Shown: positions 10,801 through 23,897 of the stretch, one piece after another
Layout: each line of letters begins with the position of its first letter
Position numbering within the stretch: the first letter of the stretch is position 1
NCBI GenBank assembly: GCA_964035545.1
Contig: OZ037766.1
Location: forward strand, 29,328,640 to 29,392,639
Reading direction: 5' to 3'
Length of the DNA: 64,000 nucleotides
Source of the DNA: Bugula neritina
Lineage: Eukaryota; Animalia; Bryozoa
Translations under genes and position numbers: made by a program
The notes under the pieces: model-generated
Seen by the model: only the letters and a program-made list of their open reading frames with translations
What the model was told of the DNA's origin: nothing
Databases searched by the model: none

Positions 10801-13800
10801 AGTGAGTCTTTCAAACTGACGGTGTTACCTCAAAATACTACAGCAGTATTGCGTTTTACATTTTCTGTGTTGATGTCGGTATTCAGTGCCTAAACATCTG
10901 GTGTTTTCTATTGTTTGTCTTTTTATTATCTTAAAATTAGCATACTTTTCTCAATGTACACAGTTTTATCAGTAGCTCTTATAGGCTGAGTGTTGAAAGT
11001 TATTTTAATAAACTGGGCCAACAGCTTGATGGTCTTTACTGAGATTCGAACCACTGACCTTTTGTTTATTATACCAGTGCTTTAACCACTAGATTATGGA
11101 TGCTTTTTTGTAGTTGTTATAAGTTTAATGTGGAAAGTTTAAGTTGTAAAAACAAGGAAAGAGTCGTCTCTTTAAAGGATTTTATATGCTGAATATTGTA
11201 TCTAACTGGGGGGTAGCATTTGCCGGTTTAGTTAAGTAGCAATTACCTACTCTTTTGATTTTTATATCACAACTGCTAATTCTAATTGGAATTTTTTTAA
11301 CTCCACCATTTGTTAGGGGGAATTTATCTGTTTAATATATTTTTATTGAATTACTTTTTTAGCTGAGAAACAAATGCATAAAGCCGTAAACATAGCCAAC
11401 GGTGAGTTTATCTCCATATAATTTAGTCTAACAAAAAAAATTTTCTTCAAAGTAATATGTTATAATAATCTATGCACTAAATAAATAGGTGGGTTTGGTT
11501 GCCTAATTTTACTGCTCATTGATGCTAAAGTAAGGGTTAGCGCACAAGTAGAGATTAGCTTGGTAGACAAGGGAGGGGGTAACTCCAAGTAATAAAAGAA
11601 CTGTAGGAAAAGCTATTCACTGTACAGCAGCACTACTCTATAAGCACAGTTTTAGTGTTTTACTCGTATGCTGAAGAAACTTATTTAAGTGTGTACCGTC
11701 TAATATATGCACTGTGTAAATCTCGAAGCTGCTTGGTAGAAGAGGTAAATGTCTTGCAGGTAAACAGCCAAAGTCTAAAACAAAAAAATCCTCTGCAGCT
11801 AAAGAAGCTTCTCCCGAGGATCCCAATAAACGTAAGTATACAGGGTGACCTGCAGCATGATATTGAGAGTTATCTCCCCTTCATTTATTGATTTACAAAA
11901 TTTAATGGCTAGTTCAGACTACAGCTTGAGATGAACTGTCATCGATGGCAGTCTGAACGGGCCATAAGTTTGTAATCTTCATTCTATAATTATACATTTT
12001 GTCATTCATAACAACCATCAGCTTGATTTTTGTACATATTAAGGCTGAAGTGCTGCGCTGCTGTAAAACTTTGCTGTTTTATGTGAACAAGATTCCCACT
12101 GGGTATCGGAACCTTCTCAACATAATCTTTCTCACCAGATGTAGTTTATATTTCACACTAGTCATGTATGAGAGAGAGAGTTTATATTCTCACTGTATAG
12201 GAGATGTAGTTTATATTTCACACTAGTCATGTATGAGAGAGAGAGAGTTTATATTCTCACTGTATAGCAGATGTGGTTTATAATTCACAGATTTTGTGAC
12301 GGACCTCCGCAACGTGCCTCTCTCTCTTCTCAAGCCTCAGTTCAGGATACAGCTACATGCTCACTGTGACGTCTGCAACAAAATCCGCAAAATCTCCGAG
12401 ACTTGTAAGTTCACTGGTTATTCTGTTATGAGAAATGTTTAGTTTAGAGTTATTTAATTACTGTTAAAATGCTTTTATGTAAAACAGGCTTTGGGTTTTT
12501 TTTATTTAAAACAGTTATGCTGGTAATGAAAGTCGTGTTCTCTTTTCTGTGTTAAATAGCTGACAACTCCCAGATGAATATCTAATAATTATGATGAAAT
12601 GATTTGCTAATATCCTAATTGTAGTGATAATCATGTTATTTTTAGTGATCACACAGTAGGGTTGATACGTATAATAGGTAATAGGTATTTGAAGGTCAGC
12701 TCACTGGTTTTATTTGCTGATGAAAATACTTAGTTATGAACACTTGAAAGGAACCAACAGTGGTAATGTAGTTCTGTTCTGTGTATTCACCAACTGTTGT
12801 AGTTAGAGCAGCTGTATCCTGTAGTATGACCATTTCATACTAATTCTATTCCTTTTCATCCACCAGCTTTAGATTCTGCCCAGAAGCAGCAGGAGGAGAA
12901 TGAGATGCTGAAAAGTACTTGCTTTGCCTGCGGCAAACAGCATCACTTCCCCGACACTCGTCTGTTTGAGTTTCCTGCAGACCCTGCCAGGTATTGTATC
13001 TCGGAGTAACACTTAATGATCTTGACCTTGTAAAGCAGCCGCTCTGGCAAATATTTTCAACATGCTATATATTTTTAACATATTTGTAACAGTGCTAAAT
13101 GATTCTTGGTGTAGAAAATCAGTTTTTGTTCATAGCAGCCTTGCCCAGCATTATTTACTAAATACGAGTATATGCTATGTTTTACCCACTTGCGCACACA
13201 CATACACAAACTCACTCACATACACGCGCACACACACACACGCATACACAAATACACACACACTCACACACACGCACGCACATGCACGCACGCACACATA
13301 CACACACATACGAATTCACAAGCGCTCGAACACACACACACGTCCTATATATTATATGTATGATATATGTACTTCTTATGCACACTTGTTTGCTATGATA
13401 TGGCATGATTTAGCACTAGGAGACTCATGTATTGTATATGATTACAGTTTCTTCCAATGGAGAGTGAACTGTAACTATGCCGACATTGAGCATAGTCAGC
13501 ATAAGACCAAGGTGAGGGATGGGGCAACCTAAACATTTAGAATACATTAACAACTACTCAACTCTTCATAGAGTATGAAATCATTGTTTTGTTGGATTAT
13601 TTTTCATGTTTATAGTCCTGTACGTTTTTCTCTGTTAGTACCTGTGTAATAGACACTTCACAAAGAATCAGTTCCGAGGAGATCACCAGTTTGGACCTCT
13701 CATATACGCTGCATTGCCCACCATTTTTTATGAGAGGGGGCGTGTCAAGGACCCACGTGATCTTCCATTTAATCTTAAAGCAGTTTCCATTAAGCAGGTG

Positions 13801-14805
13801 AATATGAGTTTATTAGCTCTATTTATATCTCCACCGCAGTTCATTGCATAGTCATACAACTAGTTTATACTCTAGAGTCTAGAGAAATAGTCTAAAATTA
13901 GATTGTATATTCATCGATTAAAATTGTAATATATTGTATTACTTTTACTTCTTACTGATTAAGTATATTGTTTTTAAATGAAGGAAATCAATAGAATAAA
14001 GTAATATAATATAGAATATTTACTTATGGCAAAAAGTAGTTGCATATTGAATTTTTCTTTTACTCGTTTGCTAGTTGCTTTAGTAAGTTTTCTCTTATCT
14101 CTAAGATTTGTAACAATGTGTACATTTACACACACAATAATGTAGCCAAATTTAGGTTATATATATTTTCCCCAACAATTAGTAGACTAGATACATATGC
14201 AAATCAATGTGTTTGGAATATAAAGTAATAGGGTTGGAAAAACTATGAAATATGCACGGTCATGTAGGAAGAAGCTCCTCTGTTTAGTAATGTCTAAAAC
14301 TTTCAAAGGTTTTGTCAATAGTAATACAATTGTTTCAGAGTTATCTCTCTCTACTAATACTAACTGGATTCATAATAATATAATACACGTTCTTTTATTG
14401 GGAATTTCCCAGAAAAAATTATGTTTGGGAATTATCATCTTTTTTTTATGTGAAAAACCCAAAGTATTAATATGTGGTGTTTGGAGGCAACTTATGCAAA
14501 TTAATTGTATCATCTCACAAACATTTCGTTTCATGTTAACATAGTTGAAGTTTTCTTATTGAAGTTGAACCAAAATAGTTTATTATTCACAGAATGTGCA
14601 GGAATTCATATTCTTATTGATTCCTTTTATGACTTTCTATATTGCGTGAGTCATTAAATAGGTTACATTGTCAAAATTTGAAAGCTGTCGCTATAGAAAG
14701 TGAAATCTTAGTTTTATGCTTATAAATATTTTATACATATTTACATTATATTATATATTTAGTATAACATTATATTATACATCTATACTAACATTATATA
14801 TGATA

Positions 14806-14893
<88 letters not shown>

Positions 14894-17800
14894 TTATATT
14901 TATTTTGTACATTTAAATTATGTTATGCATTTTGCATTATATAATTATGCATTATATAATATTCATATTCTATCTCACAGCCTGCAAGCAAGCGTCCAGT
15001 TAGCAAAATAATGACAACTCTAACCCCTGGGGAAGTGAGTCATTTCAATTCTTTAGTAACTGAACTGTAGAACAAATACAAATACCTTCTCACTATTTGC
15101 CAAAATTTTGAGAGTTGTAGTGTATAAGTCAGTTAAAAATGTGTTAACTAACACCGCCTGTGCTATTTTTTTGCACAAATTCTGAATTTTTTTTATATAT
15201 TTTTGATTTGAGGTTCAACAATGGTGTAAAATCTGATGTTGACTTGAAAATAATTTGTAAGTTATTTCTATTTTATGCTCACAGCAGAAGATATATGTTG
15301 CTTATTTATACTGAAAAATATTATTCTTGCATAATTTTGTAGCTTGTCGTTGGTGAGATGGTGCCCTATCATGATGGACTGAAAGGAAAGGTTTTAGTGG
15401 CTAAAGACGCAGCTACTACAGACATTAATGGTATCTTTCTACTCCTCTATATTGCCTGAGTTCTTTAAATTAAACTTTGTATTGCACATCATTTTCTTGA
15501 GATTAGGCATGTAGGGAAAAATCTAGAGTTTTGGCACTCGTAAAAATATATGTTAAAATTTGAAATTAATTTTCATTGAAGCTCTCACTATTCTAAAGTT
15601 CATTTTCTGTCATATGTTTTAGTAATTTTTTTTGTTATAAAGACACTTTCTAGTTGCGTAGAAGTTGTGCCATCATTGCTTTTCAACGGGGATTGCATCA
15701 GCTTTACATTTAGTCCATGCCACCTCATAGTGAAACTGTCAACTACAATGATTCATAATTGACAATAATAATTTTGAGAAATGATCATATCGTGGAGGTT
15801 GTGAAGCATTTAATTCTTTCGCTAATTGTGTTTGTTTAGTTTCTTCAAGTCTTTTGCTTTTGCTATGGTGCTCTGTTAGTTTCGGAACTGAAAAAAATCT
15901 CTATGCTCCGTTTGCTCATGTGATTGTCATAAGGATAGTTTCTTCACCATTGTTGCTGCTTTGAAATGTCGCACTACATTTAGTACATTTACATTTCTCT
16001 AGTAAATAAAGCGTTACTAATTATGTATATAATACAATTATTGCTGGAAAAACATGAATATCACTGCATGGTTGAGCATCACGTTTCTAGTTTCAACTAT
16101 TCAACTATCTAGTAGACAGGGTTATGAGAGCTTATAATATATGATATCATATAATATAATATGTGATATAATATAATATATTATAATAGATATAATCAAT
16201 GAATTAATATCTAATTGAAAGGTATATAATTATAATAATATATATAATAATTATAATTATGTGATATCTATTAAAGAAAGTTCACACATTTATATGTGGC
16301 AGAAACATCGATATTTTGTTTTTCAATTTAAAAGTAGTGCGTAGTTGACTGCGGTATTTTATATTTTTCTCATTTAAATATGAGATTTAAATTCTGTAGA
16401 ATTTATGAGTGGACAAATAAGGGTCGCTCAGCATTAATTCTATAAATAGATTCACTAACATATATATCATGTATAAAATTAAGCAAGTTTTCTGAAAACA
16501 AAATTACTTAAACTTAATTATCTGTAAACTATTTGGCCATAACACTTTGAATGTGGATTCACTTAATGTGTGAGGTTTTTGTGACGTTAAGTGGGGAAAA
16601 AGTTAATTTATAATCCAGAATAATTAGAGTCATAAAAATATGAAAGTAATAAAGTGTTTGGTGATTACTATGGCAGTAGTTGACCGGATCAGTGAGTCAT
16701 TTTTTTATATTTTTAACCAAATTCGAACTTTCCTGGTTGACTCAAGTAAAAAAACAAGCTCAACGTATTTTCACTATAAATTAGTAGCGAAAGTTATAAT
16801 TCAAAACATGTTTTTAAAGTTCCTGAAAATAAATTTTTGTTTAGTAAAATGTTATTGCCTATACCTTCTGTATAGGCGCCTTTTCAAAGCACCTCTACTG
16901 CTGTGGGTAAACTGTTAGACGTTCATTTCTTTGCCTCATTGAAGAATTCACACAAATTGGTAATTTAGTGCCTCATTGGTTGCGGCTTATTCTTTCCTGA
17001 TGGTTTTGTATGCTCTTTAAGTAAAAAATGTATTTCATTGTAGCTTATGGCAGGTCATTAAATCTACATTATACAACACTTTTAGCCTGCATTATTAGCA
17101 GTAATAACCGTGAACACCTTTTAATCGTCTACTGAATTGATTTCGAAATAGTATACTAATTCAATTTTTTGCTGTTATTACTCAGCAAAAATATTATATT
17201 CCAGCTATGCCATTCACCAAACGGTATTCATTATTAGTATTTAAATATGAGGTTTTTTAGGTTCATCTATATTAATTATCACGTCTTATAATTGTTGTAC
17301 AAAATGCGAGAAATAACTAACAATGCTAATTATGGGTATAGATTGTTTTCTTGTTTTTTTTTTATTTTGTGAATCAAGCAGTCTGAAATGTTGCAATAGT
17401 CTCATTTCCTTCCAAGCATTTATCTAATCACTCAGAGTCCATTCAGGAGCCGTAGTGGAGAAATTGAGATGGCCTAAGTTCCTTAATTTTATTATAACAG
17501 TTTTAGTTTGGGCTGCGGGTTGAAATTCTTTCAAGAACATAACTTTTTTTGCTACATTATTAGTCTAGAACACAGGCTTTTCTCCACTCCTACAAGTTCT
17601 CAACTTACTTACTACAAAAACAAGACTTGCGCATATAATACGATACAAATTTAAGACCAATATTGGTTTACTAAATTAATGCATTATAGTATCACATGTT
17701 TAGTTTCTGGAGCTTTAGTACCAGAACTACACTAGGCCTAGTGGCAGTGTGGTATTAAGTTAGGGCTTGTTACTGTGACAACTAACTTCTTAATAGAGAA

Positions 17801-20800
17801 ACCTAGCTTAATTTATAATAAGCATTTTCGTGGTAATAAATTCTCCTGTATATATGACAAAACACTGAATAACTAATCCTTTTTATTCATTCATTTTAAG
17901 TTGAAGTTTTAGGCCCTGATTCATGGTATTTTCTGCTGTAATTTTGTCTAATCATCATTCAATAATAAGACACATCATTAATACAAAACATTTCATAATT
18001 GTATGCGGTAAGTTGTAACTGAGCAGTTTTAAAAACAAAGGCAGATGTATTATCTGTCCAAGTTAGCTAGTTCCTAGCCCATTGCAATGAAAAATGACTT
18101 GAGATAAATTAAATTAATATTCCGCTATGTAACATTCAAGACATGCTGATGTTTAAGTATGAATTTGACCAAACAGAATGTATCGAGGAGAAATTTGAAA
18201 ATATAATATGCAAATTATATTTTACGTTTTTCATCTCCTTCAGATGATGATATTAATTTTATTCTAAAACTCTGCCCCAGTCTGAACTATATTAATTTAA
18301 GCATTAATTGTTTTATATAAATACTGTATAGAGCTAATATAGGAAGCAATAATACCGCCATGTTAATTTGACGCCTTCCGATGTTATAATGAATTCCTTT
18401 TTTGAAACAGTTAATCTCTCATTCTTGCTCATGAGTAAATAGAACTTTTTTATTTTGAAGTATTTTTACTAATTGGTTATTGAGCAATCTTATGATAGTT
18501 TTGAAACATTTGGTTATACTTGAGCTGATCATTTCTACTCCAGTTGCAACTATTTTCTCTGTAATGACTTACCTGGGTGCATAAGGCAAGGTAGGTCATT
18601 GCAGTTTTGATGAATATTGCTGACTCTCATATACTGTTTAGGCTACATTATAGTTACCATACTTCTGGACCTCGTCATAAAATATTGCACATTTAATAAA
18701 TTTCAGTAGTTAATTGGAATTATCTGTTATCTTTTTTAATTTTAGACTTTAGGTTCCCAGTAGAGTACTAATAACTCTTAGTAGAGTACTAGTAACTCTT
18801 AGTAGAGTACTAATAACTCAAAGTAGAGTACTACTAACTCACAGTAGAGTACTACTAACTCTCAGTAGAGTGCTAGTAGCTGCCAGTAGAGTACTTCTAA
18901 CTCACAGCAGAGTACTACTAACTCACAGTAGAGTTCTACTAACTCACAGTAGAGTACTACTAACTCTCAGTAGAGTACTAGTAACTGTCAATTAACTAAT
19001 AAATCAATTTTTGCAGTTATGTAAACTTCAAGATCAAAAGGCTTTATTGTTACTGATACATTTGAACTTTTGAACTAGATCCAGCGATGAGCTGAAGGTT
19101 GTTTTCAAGAGCTTTGCAATTATAAAGATTCTAACACAATATATAATTTGTCTGGGTAATCGGCTTTGAAGCTCACAGGTGGTTAGCTCCATTGTTATCT
19201 TTCATGCAAGAGCTTATTTCTCTGCTGTTTGCTTAGATTGAAACGTCTGGGGCAGAAAATTATTCTCAGCTGGTAAACCGCCTTGCTTTCACTATTCTAA
19301 GTTTCATTTTGTTGTCTCTAAATCGTTATTTTTAATTATTGAATCACTTTTGGTAAAAGATGACAACTCTTGCTTTGCTTGTGATGGGCAACCTCAATAA
19401 AGATCTACTTTAAGTAAAATTCACTCTACATGAGGGTATTATTCACTCTACATGAAGGTATTATTCACTCTACATGAGGGTAAATGTGCTTATTAGGGGT
19501 CTGGACCCTCGCCTGTTGTATAGTTCTACAGTAGTATAGGTTGATGTTCGTCACCAGAACAAGTCTTGTAGAAGTTTGCCAGTGGGAGTTGACTAGTAGT
19601 TGGCATATCTGTGAGAATTGATGTCTATTTCCTCCTATAAGTTTGGTCTTTCCATGTCTAGTCCTACCAGTTGCAGATGGTGTTAAATTGTGTGCCTCAT
19701 CTTCATAGTCAGTATCCTTACTGTTATAAGTGCTTTAAATACATTGTGTTTTTTGTGTTGGTATCAGCAAGCCCTCGAGAAAAGGATTGTTATACATCCT
19801 TAAGCGCCTTTCAGGCAAAAACCTCTCTAGGGATTTTTTGCCACCATTAGATTATGATTTTGTTTTTGAAGGCCTGTTTGTGTGAAGAGACAAGCCGCTC
19901 TCAACCGTGACTTGAACTTCAGTCAATCTGCATTTTTGGCAAACACTAGATGCTTGGTGATGATTTAGTACCATATTATTGTTGTGTCATAGCTCAACAA
20001 TTGGGTGATTCACTTTTTCAACTGCACACTGACATTGGTAAAGCATGTTGACAGTTACCTACAGGTGCTATCAGTATCAAATCTGCATTTATACAGTTGA
20101 TCTAAACCCCTTCAATGCTTTTCATTTATTTCCTTGTGACATCATATTTCTAAGTAGCACAGTTTGTATTTATCACTGAAATTTCTGAAATATACTTTGA
20201 AGTAGGCAGTATTCCGCTGTACGTTATCAAGTTTAGAAAGGCAAGAAATCTGGTAGTCTTTCCTGAAATTTTTCTTCCCTGAGTTTCAAATTATACTAAT
20301 TCATAGTTAGTTTTCATAGCTTGCCATCTCCCATGTGATGTAATGTGTTGTAGCGATTCCAACTTTTGGTACTTGCAGCTGGTGTGGAGTTGGTCAAAGA
20401 GACAGAAATAGATGTTGATGAAGACGAAGAGGATTTGCCTCCTTTCTCTCCAGTAGAGAGTGAGGAAGAAGGTGGAACAGCAGAAAGTGGAACCAAAGGA
20501 GGTACATCTGGTAGTAGTATACATGATTCTACTCAGGTGTGAGTCTTCAGTTAGCAGGAATGGCAGCTTTCTTGGATGGCGGATAGTTGAATCCAAAGCT
20601 GAAAATATCTTTCACTACTGCTATTTTCTGATAGAGTGTGACTTGCACTGCAACTGGTTTTTATTTTCAGCTCTGACTCTTCAGACAATACCAACAGAAA
20701 GGAAATATAATCGAGCAAAAAATCGGAAACGGACAAAAGTGCTTGAAGATGAAGAGCTCAGTGATGATGAAGGTAGAAGTTGTGTTTCACTGGTCAAGTC

Positions 20801-23800
20801 TGGCTTAGTCCTACTAGCTACCCTATCTAGTACCCTCTCCTATATCCTAGTCCTATTACCTACCTTATCTAATACCCTCTCCTATACCCTAGTCCTTCCT
20901 ACTAGCTACTCTATCTAATACCCTCTCCTATATCATAGTCCTACTACCTACCCTATCTAATACCCTCTCCTATACCCTAGTCCTACTACCTACCCTATCT
21001 AGTACCCTCTCCTATATCCTAGTCCTATTACCTACCTTATCTAATACCCTCTCCTATACCCTAGTCCTTCCTACTAGCTACTCTATCTAATACCCTCTCC
21101 TATATCATAGTCCTACTACCTACCCTATCTAATACCCTCTCCTATATCCTAGTCCTGCTACCTACCCTATCTAATACCCTCTCCTATATCCTAGTCCTTC
21201 CTACTACCTACCCTATCTAATACCCTCTCCTATATCCTAGTCCTACTAGCTACCCTATCTAATACCCTCTCCTATATCCTAGTCCTTCTACCTACCCTAT
21301 CTAATACCCTCTCCTATATCCTAGTCCTTCTACCTACGCTATCTAATATCCTCTCCTATATCCTAGTCCTGCTACCTACCCTATCTAATACCCTCTCCTA
21401 TATCCTAGTCCTTCTACCTACCCTATCTAATACCCTCTCCTATATCCTAGTCCTTCTACCTACGCTATCTAATATCCTCTCCTATATCCTAGTCCTGCTA
21501 CCTACCCTATCTAATACCCTCTCCTATATCCTAGTCCTTCTACCTACCCTATCTAATACCCTCTCCTATATCCTAGTCCTGCTACCTACCCTATTCTCTA
21601 TCCGCTTTTTCTTTACCCCCTCTGATATCCTCGCCCCGCACTATCCGATACCCACTTTCGAAGGCCCGCTATCCCCTCCCTCTATGTGCTTTACCTCTGC
21701 TAACCATGCCGAGGCTAATCCTGATTTATGCTTTGGCTATCTTTCATTGCCACATCAAAGTTTAATTGACAAAAATTCCTCCCCCAGTATCAGGTTTACA
21801 TAAACTCCACGTGGAGAAAACAAGAGAATTATCTTCCAGGTTCCGTGGTTGTAAATCACTGATTCTTATTAATCTTTGCCCAGTATGGTTTCACAACAAA
21901 CTGCACATCCCACTTCTTATAAGGATCCCACCTCTTTCACGTGTTCTGCCAGTTTTGACTGCTTGAAATAAATAATAAGAGCTGAGATTATCTCACCACA
22001 AAAGGTTATCAATGTCCACTCTAAGAAACCTATCTTCTTTAGATATAAGTAACATACCTCACGTGTTTGAGTTGCTCTCGGCTCACGTTTCTCTCTCCCT
22101 CTAATGCAGACTTTGTGGTTCACCTGCACCCACAGTTTCACAGGTCTTATTGGTGACTTCAGCAGTTATCAATATCATTCTATAAGGTTGACCTCGCTTC
22201 TTTAGTTATTACTCAAACTTGGTGAATCTTTTTGACTCTTAGATTCAATAATTTTAAAGTAATTTAACATTACTATATGCCAGACTGCTGTTTTTAATTT
22301 TAAGCCACGGCATGAATAACTTATAATCAATTTTAAATGAACCTAAATTGATAGTCAATCTAGCCCTAGTAATTTAATAGTTTGAAACAAAATGCTCAAT
22401 TTTTTTGTAACTTGTTTGAGTTTTTTACTTGCTTGTTTTGTTTTCTTCATTCGGGTTGAGGTTTGGCTAAATGTGGGGTTTTTCTAAACCTTAGTCGCTT
22501 GATTCGAGAAGAGTATTCTAGCTGCTATCTCAGACTTAGACATAGCATGGTTCTGTTCACTCACTCAGACTATTAGTATAATCACTTTTTTATGAAACAA
22601 GGATACATTTAAATTCCCAACCTCTTCTATAACTACAAGAACTTGGCAAGCTCAAGCGCTTTCATCATCCTAACAATTATTTTTTATTTATTGCACTTTG
22701 TTATGCTTTGTTATCTGTTGCCACCAGTAATATCTTTTGTACTGTTCACTCTTTGTACTAGGCGTGGTGCAACATTTGCCCACATTGACGGTTTCAAAGC
22801 TTTTGATTGTTGAATGTATAATATAAAATCTGATGCACTACACAGGATACGACCTAGATTTAGCTATTGCCTTTATTGTCGTAGCTGATTGCTGGTGTTC
22901 AGCTGTAGCATGAAACCAAGTCTTGCTCTCACTCATCTCTCCACCTCTTTATTACCCCCTTCTCATCGCCCCCCCTTCTCACCTCTACACCTCTCTATTA
23001 CCCCCTCTCTATCACTTTCCCTTCTCATCTCTCTATCACTCCCCCTTCTCATCTCTCCACTTCTTTTATCACTCCCCCTTCTCACCTCTCTACCACTCCC
23101 CCTTCTCATCACCCCACTTCTCACCTCTCCACCTCTCTCTCACCCCCCCCCTTCTCATCACCCCACTTCTTTATCACTCCCCTATATTATTCTCCTCATC
23201 CTCTCATTATACCTGTCTAATTTCTTCCTCCGTTTTCCTTGTTATTATATATACTATACATTAAGAACTGTTTTCCAATGTGCTTGCAGATCCCATTCAA
23301 CAGTCTCAGTTCATCAGGGATCTCCAAAAGGCACATTCTGATGAAGTCAGAAGTTTGAATAAAAAGTTCTCCCAAGAAATCCGGTCACTGAAAAAACAGT
23401 TGGAAGCTCAGCAGAAGCGAGAGCAAGAATTAGAAAAAAATAGAACAATTGATCCAAAATATCTGCTTACAGAACTTTCTAAGTACATTCCGCCCTTAGC
23501 ACTGGAACTTGTGCAGCACAAGCTAATGAGCAGTATGGGGCACGGCCATCTTAATTTCAGTGCTGCCTACAAGGAATGGGTGCACTCCATACAGCAAATG
23601 AGTCCTCGAACATTTGACAAACTGAAAGAGATATTCGTGTTGCCTAGTCTTCGTCATCTTCGAAATACTTCACGGAATGTGAAGCTCCGGGAATACATGT
23701 CTGGTTCAAACAGCGACTCTCTCCTTTTAGAAAAACACATTGATTACAGCCAGTTTGAAAAAGTTAAAGAAACTGAGCTGTTAGAAGCAGTTAATCGGGA

Positions 23801-23897
23801 ATCAGCTGACGCATCTGGACAGAGCTCAGCTGTTCCAGTTGACTCCCAGCAACTCTCTGACAAGCTGGGTTTTCTTTTTGAGAAGACAAATAATTAG
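7851..23897 (+). CDS. Double-THAP zinc-finger protein with AT-hook, acidic tract, coiled coil and P-element/THAP9 transposase-like helical segment (~930 aa, ~17 exons)
   Basis: Exons 7851-7954, 8204-8279, 8690-8821, 9171-9214, 9441-10225, 10694-10801, 11363-11401, 11760-11831, 12291-12404, 12867-12990, 13448-13511, 13639-13797, 14981-15034, 15343-15430, 20379-~20501 (donor uncertain), 20671-20772, 23290-23897. THAP1: CSAPHC..FFRFP..RCQEW..ICEAHF..AIPTVF. THAP2: CFAC..LFEFPADP..QW..LCNRHF..ALPTIF. AT-hook GRGRPKK. The last exon has a heptad coiled coil followed by FSAAYKEWVHSIQQMSPRTFDKLKEIFVLPSLRHLR. Confidence 0.85.
9994..10155 (+). repeat. In-frame 18-nt coding minisatellite (NVSAA[A/T]) x9 with 72-nt higher-order period
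   Basis: aatgttagtgctgc(a/c/t)(g/a)ct units; units 1-4 recur almost exactly as units 5-8. Confidence 0.9.
11031..11103 (-). mobile_element. Degenerate tRNA-derived head (SINE fragment or tRNA pseudogene)
   Basis: Minus strand reads A-box-like TAATCTAGTGGTTAAAGCA and B-box GGTTCGAATC at tRNA spacing. Acceptor and anticodon stems do not pair. Confidence 0.55.
12136..12275. repeat. Tandem duplication (~66-68 nt x2) upstream of a THAP-gene exon
   Basis: agatgtagtttatatttcacactagtcatgtatg(ag)n tttatattctcactgtatag occurs twice. Confidence 0.8.
13192..13342. repeat. Imperfect (CA)n microsatellite
   Basis: CA/CG dinucleotide run. Confidence 0.9.
14808..14892. repeat. (TA)n microsatellite
   Basis: About 42 perfect TA units. 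Confidence 0.95.
18759..18986. repeat. 21-nt minisatellite, ~11 copies
   Basis: Unit agtagagtactactaactc(a/t)c. Confidence 0.9.
19418..19481. repeat. 21-nt tandem repeat x3
   Basis: attcactctacatgagggtatt repeated. Confidence 0.85.
20806..21594. repeat. 42-nt (some 46-nt) minisatellite, ~18 copies
   Basis: Unit ctagtcctactacctaccctatctaataccctctcctatatc. Confidence 0.92.
22925..23235. repeat. Pyrimidine-rich degenerate repeat before the last THAP-gene exon
   Basis: Recurrent ctcccccttctca / ctctctatca words. Confidence 0.75.

Noticed and set aside
11031-11103. Functional tRNA gene
   Set aside because: A and B boxes are present but the acceptor and anticodon stems do not pair; kept only as a SINE-like remnant.
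17742-17800. TGGCAGTGTGGT matching the 5' end of miR-34 (similarly TTGCATAGTCA, miR-153-like, at ~13844)
   Set aside because: Only 11-12 nt match and no convincing precursor hairpin covers the putative mature arm.
18240-18285. ATGATGA...CTGA C/D-box-like pair
   Set aside because: About 45 nt is too short for a snoRNA and no guide element was recognised.
18759-21594. Regular repeat arrays as possible CRISPR
   Set aside because: Head-to-tail units without unique spacers, in introns of a eukaryotic gene; these are ordinary minisatellites, as is 49773-50110.
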